A DNA stretch of 64,000 bases from an uncultured Phycisphaerales bacterium (GTDB taxonomy: Bacteria > Planctomycetota > Phycisphaerae > Tepidisphaerales > Tepidisphaeraceae). The stretch covers positions 3,744,001-3,808,000 of the forward strand of contig CAVWVQ010000003.1 of assembly GCA_963758525.1 (NCBI GenBank). The letters are read 5' to 3'. The notes below the pieces were generated by a model. The model worked only from the letters and a program-made list of their open reading frames with translations. It was not told the DNA's origin and ran no database searches. Every line of letters begins with the position of its first letter. Within the stretch, counting starts at the first letter, position 1. A program made the position numbers and the translations under genes. Shown here piece after piece: positions 1-10,351 of this stretch.

Positions 1-617
<617 letters not shown>

Positions 618-623
618 GAGATG

Positions 624-787
624 TCAGGGTTCAGGGTTCAGGGTTCAGGGGTCAGGCGCGAGGAGTCAGTTGAAGAGTTGCAAATTGGGGATTGCAAAAT
701 GCAAAATGCAAATTGTTGGGAGGGGGGAGACGTCCCCGGTTTCCAATTTGCAATTTGCAATCCCCAATTTGCAATTTGCAACTCTTC
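624..787. repeat. (TCAGGGT)n tandem tract followed by an inverted pair of TGCAAAT/ATTTGCA heptamer tracts
   Basis: tcagggttcagggttcaggg at 624-650; gaagagttgcaaatt... from 672 complementary to ...aatttgcaactcttc ending 787. Confidence 0.85.
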
Positions 788-928
788 GCAATGCGAATCG
801 CTTCCCGGAATGCGGAACTCGATTGTCCTCTCCGCCTGACGCGCAAGTTCTGCACGATCGCCTTGTGGGCATCCTATAAAGGCTATTATCAGCCCTTCAT
901 CGGGCGCAGCAGCTGCGCTCACGACGGT

Positions 929-957
929 TAAAGTTTGCGCCTCGGTTCATCCGAACA
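929..957 (+). promoter_or_regulatory. Putative sigma-28 (FliA) promoter of flagellin
   Basis: TAAAG-N16-TCCGAACA; same spacing as the site at 2946-2974. Confidence 0.45.
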
Positions 958-998
958 TGATTGCGGAACGTACAGCGGCGATGAGAAACCGCCGCGGC

Positions 999-1335
999 GG
1001 CCGAACGGATTCGGCCGGCTCAGATGAGTCTCGAACAAGGAGGTTCGCAACCCGCAATACACTTCCTTCCTCCGCCGGGCGGAGCGCCGGCAGTTCACCT
1101 TTCAATTTCGCCTGATCGAGTCCGCGCCGCCGCCATGGCTGCGGTCAGATTCACTCAGAGCAAAATCGTGTTAGCGCGATTTGGACGCGACCTGGACGTC
1201 GCTTTCGATTCGTGACGGGCCGCAACCGGACTATTCACCGGGTGCGGAACGCGTTGATTCAATAACTTCGTGCCGGAGACGGAACTCCGGCACTCCAACA
1301 GGTTCGCCGCGGCGAACCAATATCACGGAGGATAT
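999..1335 (+). promoter_or_regulatory. Flagellin leader with multiple GGA-loop hairpins (putative CsrA sites)
   Basis: Stems with loops ACGGAT, AAGGAG, CTGGAC, ACGGAA, and ACGGAG overlapping the SD. Confidence 0.7.
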
Positions 1336-1336
1336 C

Positions 1337-2749
1337 ATGGGTCAGATCAATACCAATATTAATTCACTTGCGGCGCTGCATGCGTTGAGCACCAACCAGG
1401 CGTCGCTGTCTCAGAGTCTCAACCGTCTGTCGACGGGCCTGAAGATCAACAGCGGCAAAGACGATCCGGCAGGGCTGATCGCCAGCGAGTCGCTCAAAAG
1501 CGAAATCAACGGGATCAACCAGGCGATCAGCAATTCGCAGCAGGCCGGAAACGTCCTCAACACGGCCGACGGCGCGCTCAATGAAGTCTCGTCACTGCTT
1601 CTGCAACTGCAGAGCCTCAACAACCAGGCCGCCAACGGCGGCGCTCTCTCGCCCGATGAATTGGCCGCCAATCAGCTCCAGGTCGATTCGATTCTCAACA
1701 GCATCAATCGCATCTCGAATACGACTTCGTTCAACGGCATTCAGCTTCTCAACGGATCGCTGGACTACACCAACAGCGGCGTCAACGCGAGCGACATCAG
1801 CAACGTTCAGGTGAATGCCGCGCAGATTCCTCAGGGCGGATCGGTGAACGTCGCCGTGCAAGTGCTCGCCAGCGCCAAGCTCGGGACGTTGACGTATGCG
1901 TCGTCGGGTATCGGCACGACACCGACCACCATCGAGGTGACCGGGTCGATCGGCACCGAGCAACTCTCCTTTGCCGCCAGCGCGCACAACAGCGCCATCT
2001 CGGTTGCGATCAACCAGCTCAAGGCGTCAACCGGTGTCAGCGCGACAGTGGCGGCCAACGGTTCGCTGAAGATCAACTCGACGGCCTACGGATCGGCCCA
2101 GTTCGTCAGCATCAAGACGATCGCCGGTTCGTTCGTCAACGGGAAGAACAACGGCGCCGATGCCACTGTCGACATCAACGGAAGCCAGGCAAGCGTGCAA
2201 GGCACCGTCGCGTCCATCCGAGCAGGCACCCTCGACCTGACGCTGAATCTCAGCAGCGCATTTGCTCAGAACACCTCGGCGGCGGGCGGCGTCACCAACT
2301 TCTACATCACCGGCGGCGGCGCCAAATTCCAGCTCGGCTCGGAAGTCACCGCACCCGGACAGGTTCAGATCGGTGTTGCGGCGGTAGGCACCGGCAGCCT
2401 GGGCAACAGCACCGACGGATACCTCTCGGGTCTTGCCAGCGGCGGCACCGCGTCCCTGCAATCGGGCAACACGATTCAGGCGCAGAAGATCATCACCGAC
2501 GCGATCAGCCAGGTGGCGACTCTCCGAGGCCGGCTTGGCGCGTTCCAGTCGGACGTGATCGACGCGAACACCAACAGCCTCAACGTGGCCTTGGAAAACG
2601 TCACCGCCAGTGAAAGCAACATCGAAGATGCTGACTTCGCGCAGGAAACCGCCAATCTCACCAGAGCTCAGATCCTGGTGCAGGCCAACGTTTCCGTGCT
2701 CGCCCAGGCGAATTCCCAGCCGCAGGCGATTCTGAAGCTGCTCGGGTAA
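1337..2749 (+). CDS. fliC: Flagellin (470 aa)
   Basis: MGQINTNINSL...RLSTGLKINSGKDDPAGL N-terminus; ESNIEDADFAQETANLTRAQIL C-terminus; SD GGAGG before ATG 1337. Confidence 0.96.
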   Translation: MGQINTNINSLAALHALSTNQASLSQSLNRLSTGLKINSGKDDPAGLIASESLKSEINGINQAISNSQQAGNVLNTADGALNEVSSLLLQLQSLNNQAANGGALSPDELAANQLQVDSILNSINRISNTTSFNGIQLLNGSLDYTNSGVNASDISNVQVNAAQIPQGGSVNVAVQVLASAKLGTLTYASSGIGTTPTTIEVTGSIGTEQLSFAASAHNSAISVAINQLKASTGVSATVAANGSLKINSTAYGSAQFVSIKTIAGSFVNGKNNGADATVDINGSQASVQGTVASIRAGTLDLTLNLSSAFAQNTSAAGGVTNFYITGGGAKFQLGSEVTAPGQVQIGVAAVGTGSLGNSTDGYLSGLASGGTASLQSGNTIQAQKIITDAISQVATLRGRLGAFQSDVIDANTNSLNVALENVTASESNIEDADFAQETANLTRAQILVQANVSVLAQANSQPQAILKLLG

Positions 2750-2781
2750 TTTGTTCCCCTCGCGATAGCAGGGTAACCCCA

Positions 2782-2820
2782 CGGAGAGCGGCTCAACGAT
2801 GAGCCGCTCTCCGACCCTTT
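2782..2820 (+). terminator. Strong hairpin after flagellin, probable terminator
   Basis: cggagagcggctca-acga-tgagccgctctccg, 14-bp perfect stem, short T-run after. Confidence 0.6.
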
Positions 2821-2945
2821 GATGCAGGGGGAACAGCGGATGTTTGAAACCTCCGCTTCCTCCCCGTGGAGTCGCCGAGCTTGCTCGCGGTTTCGTCAAT
2901 GACCCTTGCGCGAACACGAGTATCAATCTTCGCTTTGCAAGATAT

Positions 2946-2974
2946 TGAAGCTTGCCGCTTGCCGCGGCCGATAA
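2946..2974 (+). promoter_or_regulatory. Putative sigma-28 promoter
   Basis: TGAAG-N16-GCCGATAA; the -10 element is a perfect FliA consensus. Confidence 0.55.
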
Positions 2975-2981
2975 TGGAGTG

Positions 2982-4205
2982 ATGCGGCATGGAGGCGGCG
3001 TCATCCATCGAGCGCTGGAACGGTTCTCGTCGGCAGTGCGCGCGCGGCGCGCTGCAGCGGTCCATGGTGATCTTTCCCAACTGCTGGGCCGACCGCCGGT
3101 CAATCTCGACACGCCCGAGTTGCAGCGTTTTCTTGCGGGCAAGCGCGTTCTCGTGACCGGGGCGGGCGGGAGCATCGGTTCGGAAATCTGCCGGCAGGCG
3201 ATGAAATTCTGCCCTCAACGGCTCGTGCTGCTGGAACGCGGGGAAAACAGCCTTTTCGAAATCGATCGCGAATTGCGCCATCAATGGGTTGGCGCGGACA
3301 TCCGCGCCGCGATGGTGGATATCACTGATCCCATGCGGGTCGGGAAGCTCTTCGCGGTCGAGAGGCCGCAGGTCATCTTCCATTGCGCTGCCCACAAGCA
3401 TGTGCCGATGATGGAGGCGCATCCCTGGGAGGCGATCGCCAACAACATTTTCGGCACGCGCACCATCGCTGACGCGGCACTGGCGGGCGGGTCGGCGGCG
3501 TTTGTCATGGTCAGCAGCGACAAGGCCGTCAATCCCACCAGCGTGATGGGAGCCACGAAGCGGTTTGCCGAACTCTACATCCAGAGTCTGACGGGTGCAT
3601 GCCGTCCGACGGATGGCGCGCCCCGGACGCGATTCGTTGCCGTGCGCTTTGGCAACGTTCTGGGGAGCAGCGGGAGCGTTGTTCCGATTTTTGAACGGCA
3701 GATCGATGCGGGCGGGCCCGTCACCGTGACTCACGCCGACATGCGTCGCTATTTCATGACGATTCCCGAAGCGAGCCAGCTCGTGATGCAAGCCGGCGCA
3801 ATCGGGAAGGGGGGCGAAATCTTCGTGCTGGACATGGGGGATCCGATTCGCATTCTCGACCTGGCCACGATGATGATCCGCCGGCGCGGGCTGGAGCCGC
3901 ATCGCGATATTGCCATCCGTTTCACGGGAATTCGCCCGGGCGAAAAACTCTATGAGGAATTGGCCAAGGACGATGAACAGACCAAGCCGACTGCCCACCC
4001 CAAGATCCGCGTCTGGCAACTCGCGTCTGCGGACGCCCGCACGATCGCGATCCACTTGAAGCTGCTGAGCGAAGCCGCCACCAAAGATCGAGACGCCGCG
4101 ATTGCCGCGTTGTCGCAGTGCGTCCGCGAGTATCACGCCGACCGCTCCGCGGCCGACCCCGATCGCGCCAAGCCGCCGCTGCGTCTGGTCACCGAAGCGG
4201 CGTAA
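2982..4205 (+). CDS. Polysaccharide biosynthesis protein, CapD/PglF-like nucleotide-sugar 4,6-dehydratase without the N-terminal membrane part (start uncertain)
   Basis: VTGAGGSIGSE, HCAAHKHVP, SSDKAVNPTSVMGATK, VRFGNVLGSSGSV, GIRPGEKLYEEL. Confidence 0.88.
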   Translation: MRHGGGVIHRALERFSSAVRARRAAAVHGDLSQLLGRPPVNLDTPELQRFLAGKRVLVTGAGGSIGSEICRQAMKFCPQRLVLLERGENSLFEIDRELRHQWVGADIRAAMVDITDPMRVGKLFAVERPQVIFHCAAHKHVPMMEAHPWEAIANNIFGTRTIADAALAGGSAAFVMVSSDKAVNPTSVMGATKRFAELYIQSLTGACRPTDGAPRTRFVAVRFGNVLGSSGSVVPIFERQIDAGGPVTVTHADMRRYFMTIPEASQLVMQAGAIGKGGEIFVLDMGDPIRILDLATMMIRRRGLEPHRDIAIRFTGIRPGEKLYEELAKDDEQTKPTAHPKIRVWQLASADARTIAIHLKLLSEAATKDRDAAIAALSQCVREYHADRSAADPDRAKPPLRLVTEAA

Positions 4206-4244
4206 AATCACGAGAGGCCTCGCTCCGCTCGCAACAACGAAAGA

Positions 4245-4400
4245 GAAGAGCCGCGAAGACGCGAAGGCGCGAAGACAGCCGCGAAGAAGAAAGAAGAATT
4301 GTGCAGGCGCACCTCTCGAGAGTGACTGGGCCTGCTTCTTCCCAATTTAGAAGAATTTTCCTTCGCGTCTGCCTTCGCGTCTTCGCGTCTTCGCGGCTCT
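4245..4400. repeat. Inverted pair of CGCGAAGA/TCTTCGCG octamer tracts
   Basis: aagagccgcgaagacgcgaaggcgcgaag ... cttcgcgtcttcgcgtcttcgcggctctt. Confidence 0.8.
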
Positions 4401-4452
4401 TATCTTCTCCCCATGGCTTGACAATCCGCATGCGTCGGCGGAAAACCAGCGC

Positions 4453-5541
4453 GTGAATAACGATCTCCCCCGCATTCTTACGGGCGATACGCCCACCGGA
4501 AAACTCCATCTGGGCCATTACGTCGGCAGCATCGAGAACCGGCTGGCGCTGCAGGATGCCTACGACTGCTACTTCATCATTGCCAACAAACACGCCTTTA
4601 CCACGCGTGCCGACACTCCTGCGGATATTCGGCAGAGCGTGATCGATATCGCAACCGACTACCTCGCCGCCGGCATCGACCCGGGCAAGAGCACGATCTT
4701 CATTCAAAGCGAGGTGCCGGCCATTGACGAGCTGGCCAATTATTTTGGAATGCTCATTCCGTATCCGCGACTCATGCGAAACCCGACGCTCAAGGACGAG
4801 ATCCGCGATAAGCAACTGGGCGAAAATTACTCATTTGGCTTCCTCTGGTACCCCGTCGGGCAGATCGCCGACATCCTGGCTTTCCGTCCGGCCATGGTAC
4901 CCGTCGGCGAAGATCAGTTGCCGCATCTGGAGCTGACGCGCGAAGTCGCCCGGCGATTCAATCAGCTCTATTGCGATGTCGATCCCCAGACGCAGGACAA
5001 AGATTACGTCAAGGCCGGCGGCCTTTTTCCGATCATCGAGCCGAAGCTCGGGCGGGTGAAGCGTCTTGTCGGCACGGGTGGGCCCGGGCCAAGCGGCGAG
5101 CTTTTGAAGATGAGCAAGTCGCTCAACAACGCCATCTTTCTGTCGGATGATGCGGACGCCGTCCAGAAGAAGGTGATGGGGATGTACACCGATCCCAAGC
5201 GCATCCGCGCGACCGATCCCGGCACCGTCGAGAACAATCCTCTGTGGATCTTCCACGAGACGTTCAACACCGACACCGCATGGATCGCCGACCAGCAGGA
5301 GGCTTACCGCCAGGGAAAAGTCGGTGACGTGGTCATCAAGCGCAAGCTCGTGGAAGTGCTCAACACGCTGATCGCGCCGATCCGCGCACGGCGAAAGCAG
5401 TACGAAGCTCGGCCCGCAGACGTGATGGACGCCCTCAGTGCCGGCACGCAACGCGCCAATGTCGTTGCCGAGGAAACGCTTGCGTTGGCAAAGCAGAAGT
5501 TAAAACAGGATTATTTCGGCAGAAAGCTGGATATTTTGTAG
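4453..5541 (+). CDS. trpS: Tryptophanyl-tRNA synthetase
   Basis: TGDTPTGKLHLGHY (HIGH), VPVGEDQ, KMSKS. Confidence 0.93.
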   Translation: MNNDLPRILTGDTPTGKLHLGHYVGSIENRLALQDAYDCYFIIANKHAFTTRADTPADIRQSVIDIATDYLAAGIDPGKSTIFIQSEVPAIDELANYFGMLIPYPRLMRNPTLKDEIRDKQLGENYSFGFLWYPVGQIADILAFRPAMVPVGEDQLPHLELTREVARRFNQLYCDVDPQTQDKDYVKAGGLFPIIEPKLGRVKRLVGTGGPGPSGELLKMSKSLNNAIFLSDDADAVQKKVMGMYTDPKRIRATDPGTVENNPLWIFHETFNTDTAWIADQQEAYRQGKVGDVVIKRKLVEVLNTLIAPIRARRKQYEARPADVMDALSAGTQRANVVAEETLALAKQKLKQDYFGRKLDIL

Positions 5542-5606
5542 GGATGTTCGGCGGCCCGGTGGTCCTGAGCCAGGTCTGGTATGCGGTTCGCTGAAATCGC
5601 CGACCG

Positions 5607-6617
5607 ATGGCGCAGTCTGCAACAATGTCCGTCCCGTCATCCGCCAAAGGCGGCGGCGGGTTTTGGGGAATTCTTCGAAGTACTGGTCAAAACTGGCTCG
5701 CCGATAACGCGATGCGCCTCTCGGCCGCGCTCTCGCTCTACACGATCTTGTCCCTGGCCCCGCTGCTGGTGATCACGTTCAAGGTCGTTGCCATGATCTG
5801 GCATGGACAGGAAGTCGCACGCCAGCAGATCATGCGGCAGATGAGCCAGCTGATGGGCTCGCAGGCAGCCGACGCAATCAAACCCATGCTTGACGGCACG
5901 AGCAAGCCAGGCGGAGGGCATGTCGCGACGATTGTCAGCACGCTGGTCCTGCTCTTTTCCGCAACCGGGGTATTTGTCGAACTGCAGGATTCGATGAATA
6001 CCATCTGGGGTGTTAAGCCGGCCCCCAACCGTGGGATATACGCCTTTATTCGCAATCGTCTGCTGTCGCTGGGCATGGTGTTCGGCATCGCGTTCCTGCT
6101 GCTGGTGTCGATGTTTCTCACCGCTGTGTTGAGCAGCTTCGCGAACTGGCTGATATCCAACTCGGGGTGGCTGTTGATCGCAGTCGACGTCATCGTCTCG
6201 TTTGTCGTGGTGTGGATTCTGTTTGCGGCGATCTTCAAGTTCCTCCCGGATGTGCAGTTGAGCTGGCGGCACGTGGGTGCGGGCGCGCTGCTGACGGCGG
6301 CTTTATTCACGATCGGGAAATACGGTCTGGCGATTTACTTCAAGAAGGCGGCACCCACTTCGGCGTTTGGTGCCGCTGGCTCGCTGGCGGCGGTGCTGCT
6401 ATGGGTTTACTACTCCGCGTTTATCTTGTTTTTCGGCGCGGAGTTCACCAAGGTGTGGACGCTGGCGAAGGATCACACGATCAAGATTGAGCCTTTTGCC
6501 GTAGCCGCACAGCAAGCTCCCCGTTCCGCGGATCAGAACGCCGCGCCGCAATCAGTCCGTTCGGTCCCAAACGAGGTACCGCATCATGAGTCAAGGTATC
6601 AACCCAATGCCCGATGA
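5607..6617 (+). CDS. YihY/virulence factor BrkB family membrane protein
   Basis: AALSLYTILSLAPLL, multiple TM segments, FGAAGSLAAVLLWVYYSAFILFFGAEF. Confidence 0.88.
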   Translation: MAQSATMSVPSSAKGGGGFWGILRSTGQNWLADNAMRLSAALSLYTILSLAPLLVITFKVVAMIWHGQEVARQQIMRQMSQLMGSQAADAIKPMLDGTSKPGGGHVATIVSTLVLLFSATGVFVELQDSMNTIWGVKPAPNRGIYAFIRNRLLSLGMVFGIAFLLLVSMFLTAVLSSFANWLISNSGWLLIAVDVIVSFVVVWILFAAIFKFLPDVQLSWRHVGAGALLTAALFTIGKYGLAIYFKKAAPTSAFGAAGSLAAVLLWVYYSAFILFFGAEFTKVWTLAKDHTIKIEPFAVAAQQAPRSADQNAAPQSVRSVPNEVPHHESRYQPNAR

Positions 6618-6813
6618 GCTGATGGAGAAGCTGCGTCAAGCCACCGGCCATTTCCATGACTCCCGCAAAGGCCTGGAACAGGCGATGGACACTCCTGAGT
6701 ATGAGCATCAGACCCGAGTCGAAGCTGCGCACGACCAGGTCCGTCAGGCCGAGCACGAGCTGGAAGCAATCGAAGATGAGATCAGCAAGCGGTTGCCGGC
6801 GAGCGAAAAGTGA
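6607..6813 (+). CDS. Small helical/coiled-coil hypothetical protein (start 6586 or 6607)
   Basis: Charged amphipathic ORF with genome-typical codon usage, overlapping yihY end. Confidence 0.55.
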   Translation: MPDELMEKLRQATGHFHDSRKGLEQAMDTPEYEHQTRVEAAHDQVRQAEHELEAIEDEISKRLPASEK

Positions 6814-6831
6814 TCGATGGCCCCATCGATT

Positions 6832-8016
6832 TTATCCGCGATCCTTGGAGGCAATGGGCTCGCTTGCGAAATACGTCCGGCCGCGCCACGAAGCGGGTCG
6901 TCGCTGAATCCGCATCACGGCAGCTTGCCATTGAATGATCAGGAGTGCGAGGACGGCCACGGGATGCAGCAGCACAATCATCACGCGCTGGCGGAACCGC
7001 CACGCTGAAACGAAACGAATGATCAGGCCCGCCGAGGCCGCGATGAGCGAGAGGATCAACGCCCGTGAGTGAAAATCATCAAGCGAACGATATTGGCCGG
7101 TCATCAGAATCCAGCCAACGAGCACGTAGGGAAGCACTTGCCCGGACAGCAGGATGATTGTCCACGGAACGATCGCCCTTTGTGTTGCCAGGCCTTCGGC
7201 GGCGTTCTTCAGCAGTCCGTTCCACGTCGCGGATGCGGATGGATACATGCGGCAGTCAGCCACGTCGGTCGCGTCGAAAATCGCGGTCAGAAAACCCGCC
7301 CGTCGCATTGCCCGCGGAAGGGCGATTCCGTCGTGCAGTGAGCCGCGAATCGAGGCGTGACCGCCGGCATGGCGATAATCGCTTTTGCTTGCGATGAACA
7401 TCTGGCCGCACCCCGCGCCCAACCCGGGAAATCGCGAGCGTCGCATCATCCAGACCGGGCAATACCCCAGCAAAATGAAATGGATGAGCGGAATGACCAG
7501 GCTTTCCAAAAAGGTGCCGGTGGTTTTGCGCGGGAATCCGCTCAGCAGGGAAACCGGAGCCTCTTTCATCTCCAAGGCGATGCGCCGCAGCGCGTCGGGC
7601 CGCAAGCGGACGTCTGCGTCGATCCACACCAATAGATCGTGAGCGGCTGCCAGCGAAAGCTGGTGACACGCGTGCTGTTTCCCGCACCATCCCGCCGGCA
7701 GCGCACCGGCGCGAAGGAGCCGCACCCGCGCGTCGCCGCGGGCGATCTGCGTTACGATTTCTGCCGTTGCGTCTTCCGACGCGTCGTCCAGCACAATCAG
7801 CTCAAACTCAATGCCCTGATTTGAAAGGACGCTGTCAACGGCGCCGCGGATCGAATCAGCTTCATTTCGCGCGGGGATCAGCACCGATAGCGGTGCGAGC
7901 GGCCTGGCATCGGTTCTGCGGGGAAGCTTTCGGAAGGCGCCCAGGTTCCGAGCGAAGATCGCCAGCGGGATCAGTGCGGACAGCAAGCCCGCCGATGAGA
8001 GGCACAAGAGGATCAT
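6832..8016 (-). CDS. GT2 glycosyltransferase, carotenoid glycosyltransferase (CrtQ/CruC-like)
   Basis: SVLIPARNE, LPAGWCGKQHAC, DADV, C-terminal WRGR; ATGA overlap with upstream gene; crt context. Confidence 0.85.
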   Translation of the reverse strand: MILLCLSSAGLLSALIPLAIFARNLGAFRKLPRRTDARPLAPLSVLIPARNEADSIRGAVDSVLSNQGIEFELIVLDDASEDATAEIVTQIARGDARVRLLRAGALPAGWCGKQHACHQLSLAAAHDLLVWIDADVRLRPDALRRIALEMKEAPVSLLSGFPRKTTGTFLESLVIPLIHFILLGYCPVWMMRRSRFPGLGAGCGQMFIASKSDYRHAGGHASIRGSLHDGIALPRAMRRAGFLTAIFDATDVADCRMYPSASATWNGLLKNAAEGLATQRAIVPWTIILLSGQVLPYVLVGWILMTGQYRSLDDFHSRALILSLIAASAGLIIRFVSAWRFRQRVMIVLLHPVAVLALLIIQWQAAVMRIQRRPASWRGRTYFASEPIASKDRG

Positions 8017-8765
8017 TGCGCCGACTCTCCGTGTCCGGCCGAGAAGCGCGCTCCGGTTGCCGCGGCACGCATTCGTCGCCACAGATCGTAGAACAGCGAA
8101 ACGTTCGCGCGCCCGCCGAGCAGCAACGCGAACTTCCCCGGATCCTGGCCGATGGCTTCCGACATCAGCGCATCCTGGCACGCCTGCAGACCGAGTTGCA
8201 GCGATTTTTCATCCGGCGATTCGACCGGCACTCCAAAGCGGCACAGCGCCTCGGGAAATCGTTCCTGCCAGAACGGATATTCCATCGCAAGGGGCACGAA
8301 CATGGCGTGCGGCGCCCTTCGCGCCAGGTGCCAGAGGCCGGGCAGCAACTCGGTCGGGCGGCGGCGCGGATCGACGAAGCGCGCCTCGGGCGTGATCCAG
8401 AGAATGGATCCGGGTTGATTGAGAACCTCGAGGCCGGTCCGCAAAAACTGGCTCGCGCCGCGAGGCGAAGTCTTTTCGACGGGGAAAAAGCCGATTCTTC
8501 GGAAGAACCGGTATTTTTGCAGTGATGCCGCGTCAATCGGCGTGTAGTGCCGCCGCGATTCCCAGAAGCGATCGGCCAGGAGCACGGCGATCATCGGATC
8601 CCACCAGGAGGCGTGATTGAGGAAGATGACCATCGGCCGGTCGTCGCGCGCGCTTGGAGGGAACCCCGCAAGCGAGAGCCGAAGCGCGTGAAACGACCGA
8701 GCCACGTACCACCGCGCGTAGCGGGAAAAGAACCGGAAGAATGTCGGGGAAAAGTCCGGTGTCAT
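8013..8765 (-). CDS. PlsC-like acyltransferase (carotenoid acyltransferase, CruD-like)
   Basis: NHASWWD (HX4D), WITPEA; crt context. Confidence 0.82.
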   Translation of the reverse strand: MTPDFSPTFFRFFSRYARWYVARSFHALRLSLAGFPPSARDDRPMVIFLNHASWWDPMIAVLLADRFWESRRHYTPIDAASLQKYRFFRRIGFFPVEKTSPRGASQFLRTGLEVLNQPGSILWITPEARFVDPRRRPTELLPGLWHLARRAPHAMFVPLAMEYPFWQERFPEALCRFGVPVESPDEKSLQLGLQACQDALMSEAIGQDPGKFALLLGGRANVSLFYDLWRRMRAAATGARFSAGHGESAQ

Positions 8766-8834
8766 TATCGCAGAGTAGAGCGACTCACCCTCTCTCTCGG
8801 AGTACCGGGAGAGGGGGTAACGAGACGACGAAAT

Positions 8835-10351
8835 CTAAGCAAAGTCGCGATCCAGGGCGTCGGCGGCGATCCATCCGCTCATCATCACCATCGGCATACC
8901 CGGGCCGGGATGAGCCGATCCTCCCGCGAGATACAGCCCCGGCACCTGGGCATTGCGATTGTTTGGCTTAAACGCCCCGAGAAATCGGCCATGACTCGCC
9001 AGGCCGTAGATCGCGCCCTGAAGCACGTGATAGCGATCGTTGATGTCCTGGGGAGTAAGGCAATGCTCGACAACAATGCGATCCTCAATATCCGCCATTC
9101 CCGCGCATCGCTTGAGTTTGTCGAGGATCACACGTCGATACGCGGGCAGCATCTGTTTCCAATCGTGATGCGGCCGCAGGTAAGGCGTATGCACCAGAAT
9201 ATAGAGAGCCTCGCCGCCCGGCGGGGCCACTCCCGACTCGGTGCGCGACGGAGCGCAAACATAGGCCGTCGGATCAGGCGCCGGTTCACCGCGCCGGTAG
9301 ATAGTTTCAAATTCCTCGTGCGGATCGCGAGAGAAGATAAAATTGTGATGCAGCAGGTGATCGTACGCCTTGGAAAGACCCAGGTAGAGCACGACGCCCG
9401 AGCAGGCCGGCTCCGCTTTGTGACGGCGATTAAACTTCTTGGCGGCCGATCCGTTGATCAGCTCGCGGAACGTGCGCACGGAATCCATGTTGGAAACGAT
9501 CGCGTCGCAGCGCAGCGTTGCGCCGTCGCCGGTCTCGACGCCGACAGCGCGGCCGCCCTCGATAACGATCCTCTTCACTTCCGTGTTGAGCTTGAACGTC
9601 ACGCCGAGCTCCCCGGCGAGTTTCGCCAACGCAACTGGCACGGCCCGCGTTCCCCCGATCGGGTACCAGATGCCGTCGTGGGTCTGCATGTGCGCTACGC
9701 CACAGAGCACCGCCGGCGATTGATCGGCGCGGAGCCGACGTATTGCGTGAAATGATCGAGCATCTGCGCAACGCGCGGATCGGGCGTCATCGAGCGGATG
9801 GTCGACGCCACGCTGCGTCCCATGCGCAGCGCCATCACATCGCGCAGAGTCGAGAGGCTCATCGAATTGCCGAGCGAAAACATGTCGGCGATCGATCCGA
9901 TCGGTCGCCAGAAGAAGAATCGATCGGAGACATCGTGCAGGCGATGCGACATCCTGATGAACTGCCGGTATCGATCGCCGCTCTGCGTGTTGGGGGCATA
10001 TTTGTCGAGAGTGTGTGCCATCGCATCGGTCTGTTCGGACAGATCGAGCACTGACTGGTCCTCGAAGAAGCACCGCCATTGCGGATCGAGGCGCACCAGT
10101 TCGACAGCATCGCTCAACTTTCGGCCGGCCTCGCTGAAGACGCGTTCGAGGACAGCGGGGAGGGTGAGGATTGTCGGCCCCATATCGAAGCGAAAACCGC
10201 GGTCTTCGAGCAGGGCGGCCTTGCCGCCGACCCATTCGTTGCGCTCGATGAGCGTGACGCCGTACCCCCGTGCCGCGAGCGTACACGCTGAGGCGAGCCC
10301 GCCAAGGCCGCCGCCGATGATCGCAACGTCTGCTTTGTGCTGGCCGGTCAT
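8835..10351 (-). CDS. crtP: Phytoene-desaturase family, probable diapolycopene oxygenase (CrtP/CrtNb); frameshift near 9727
   Basis: GGGLGGLA...FDMGPTIL in ORF 9695..10351 continues as DQSPAVLC...GGSAHPGPGMPMV in ORF 8835..10286. Confidence 0.75.

Noticed and set aside
1181..1336. 52-aa N-terminal extension of flagellin
   Set aside because: Flagellin homology and the SD start at ATG 1337; the upstream region is a structured leader
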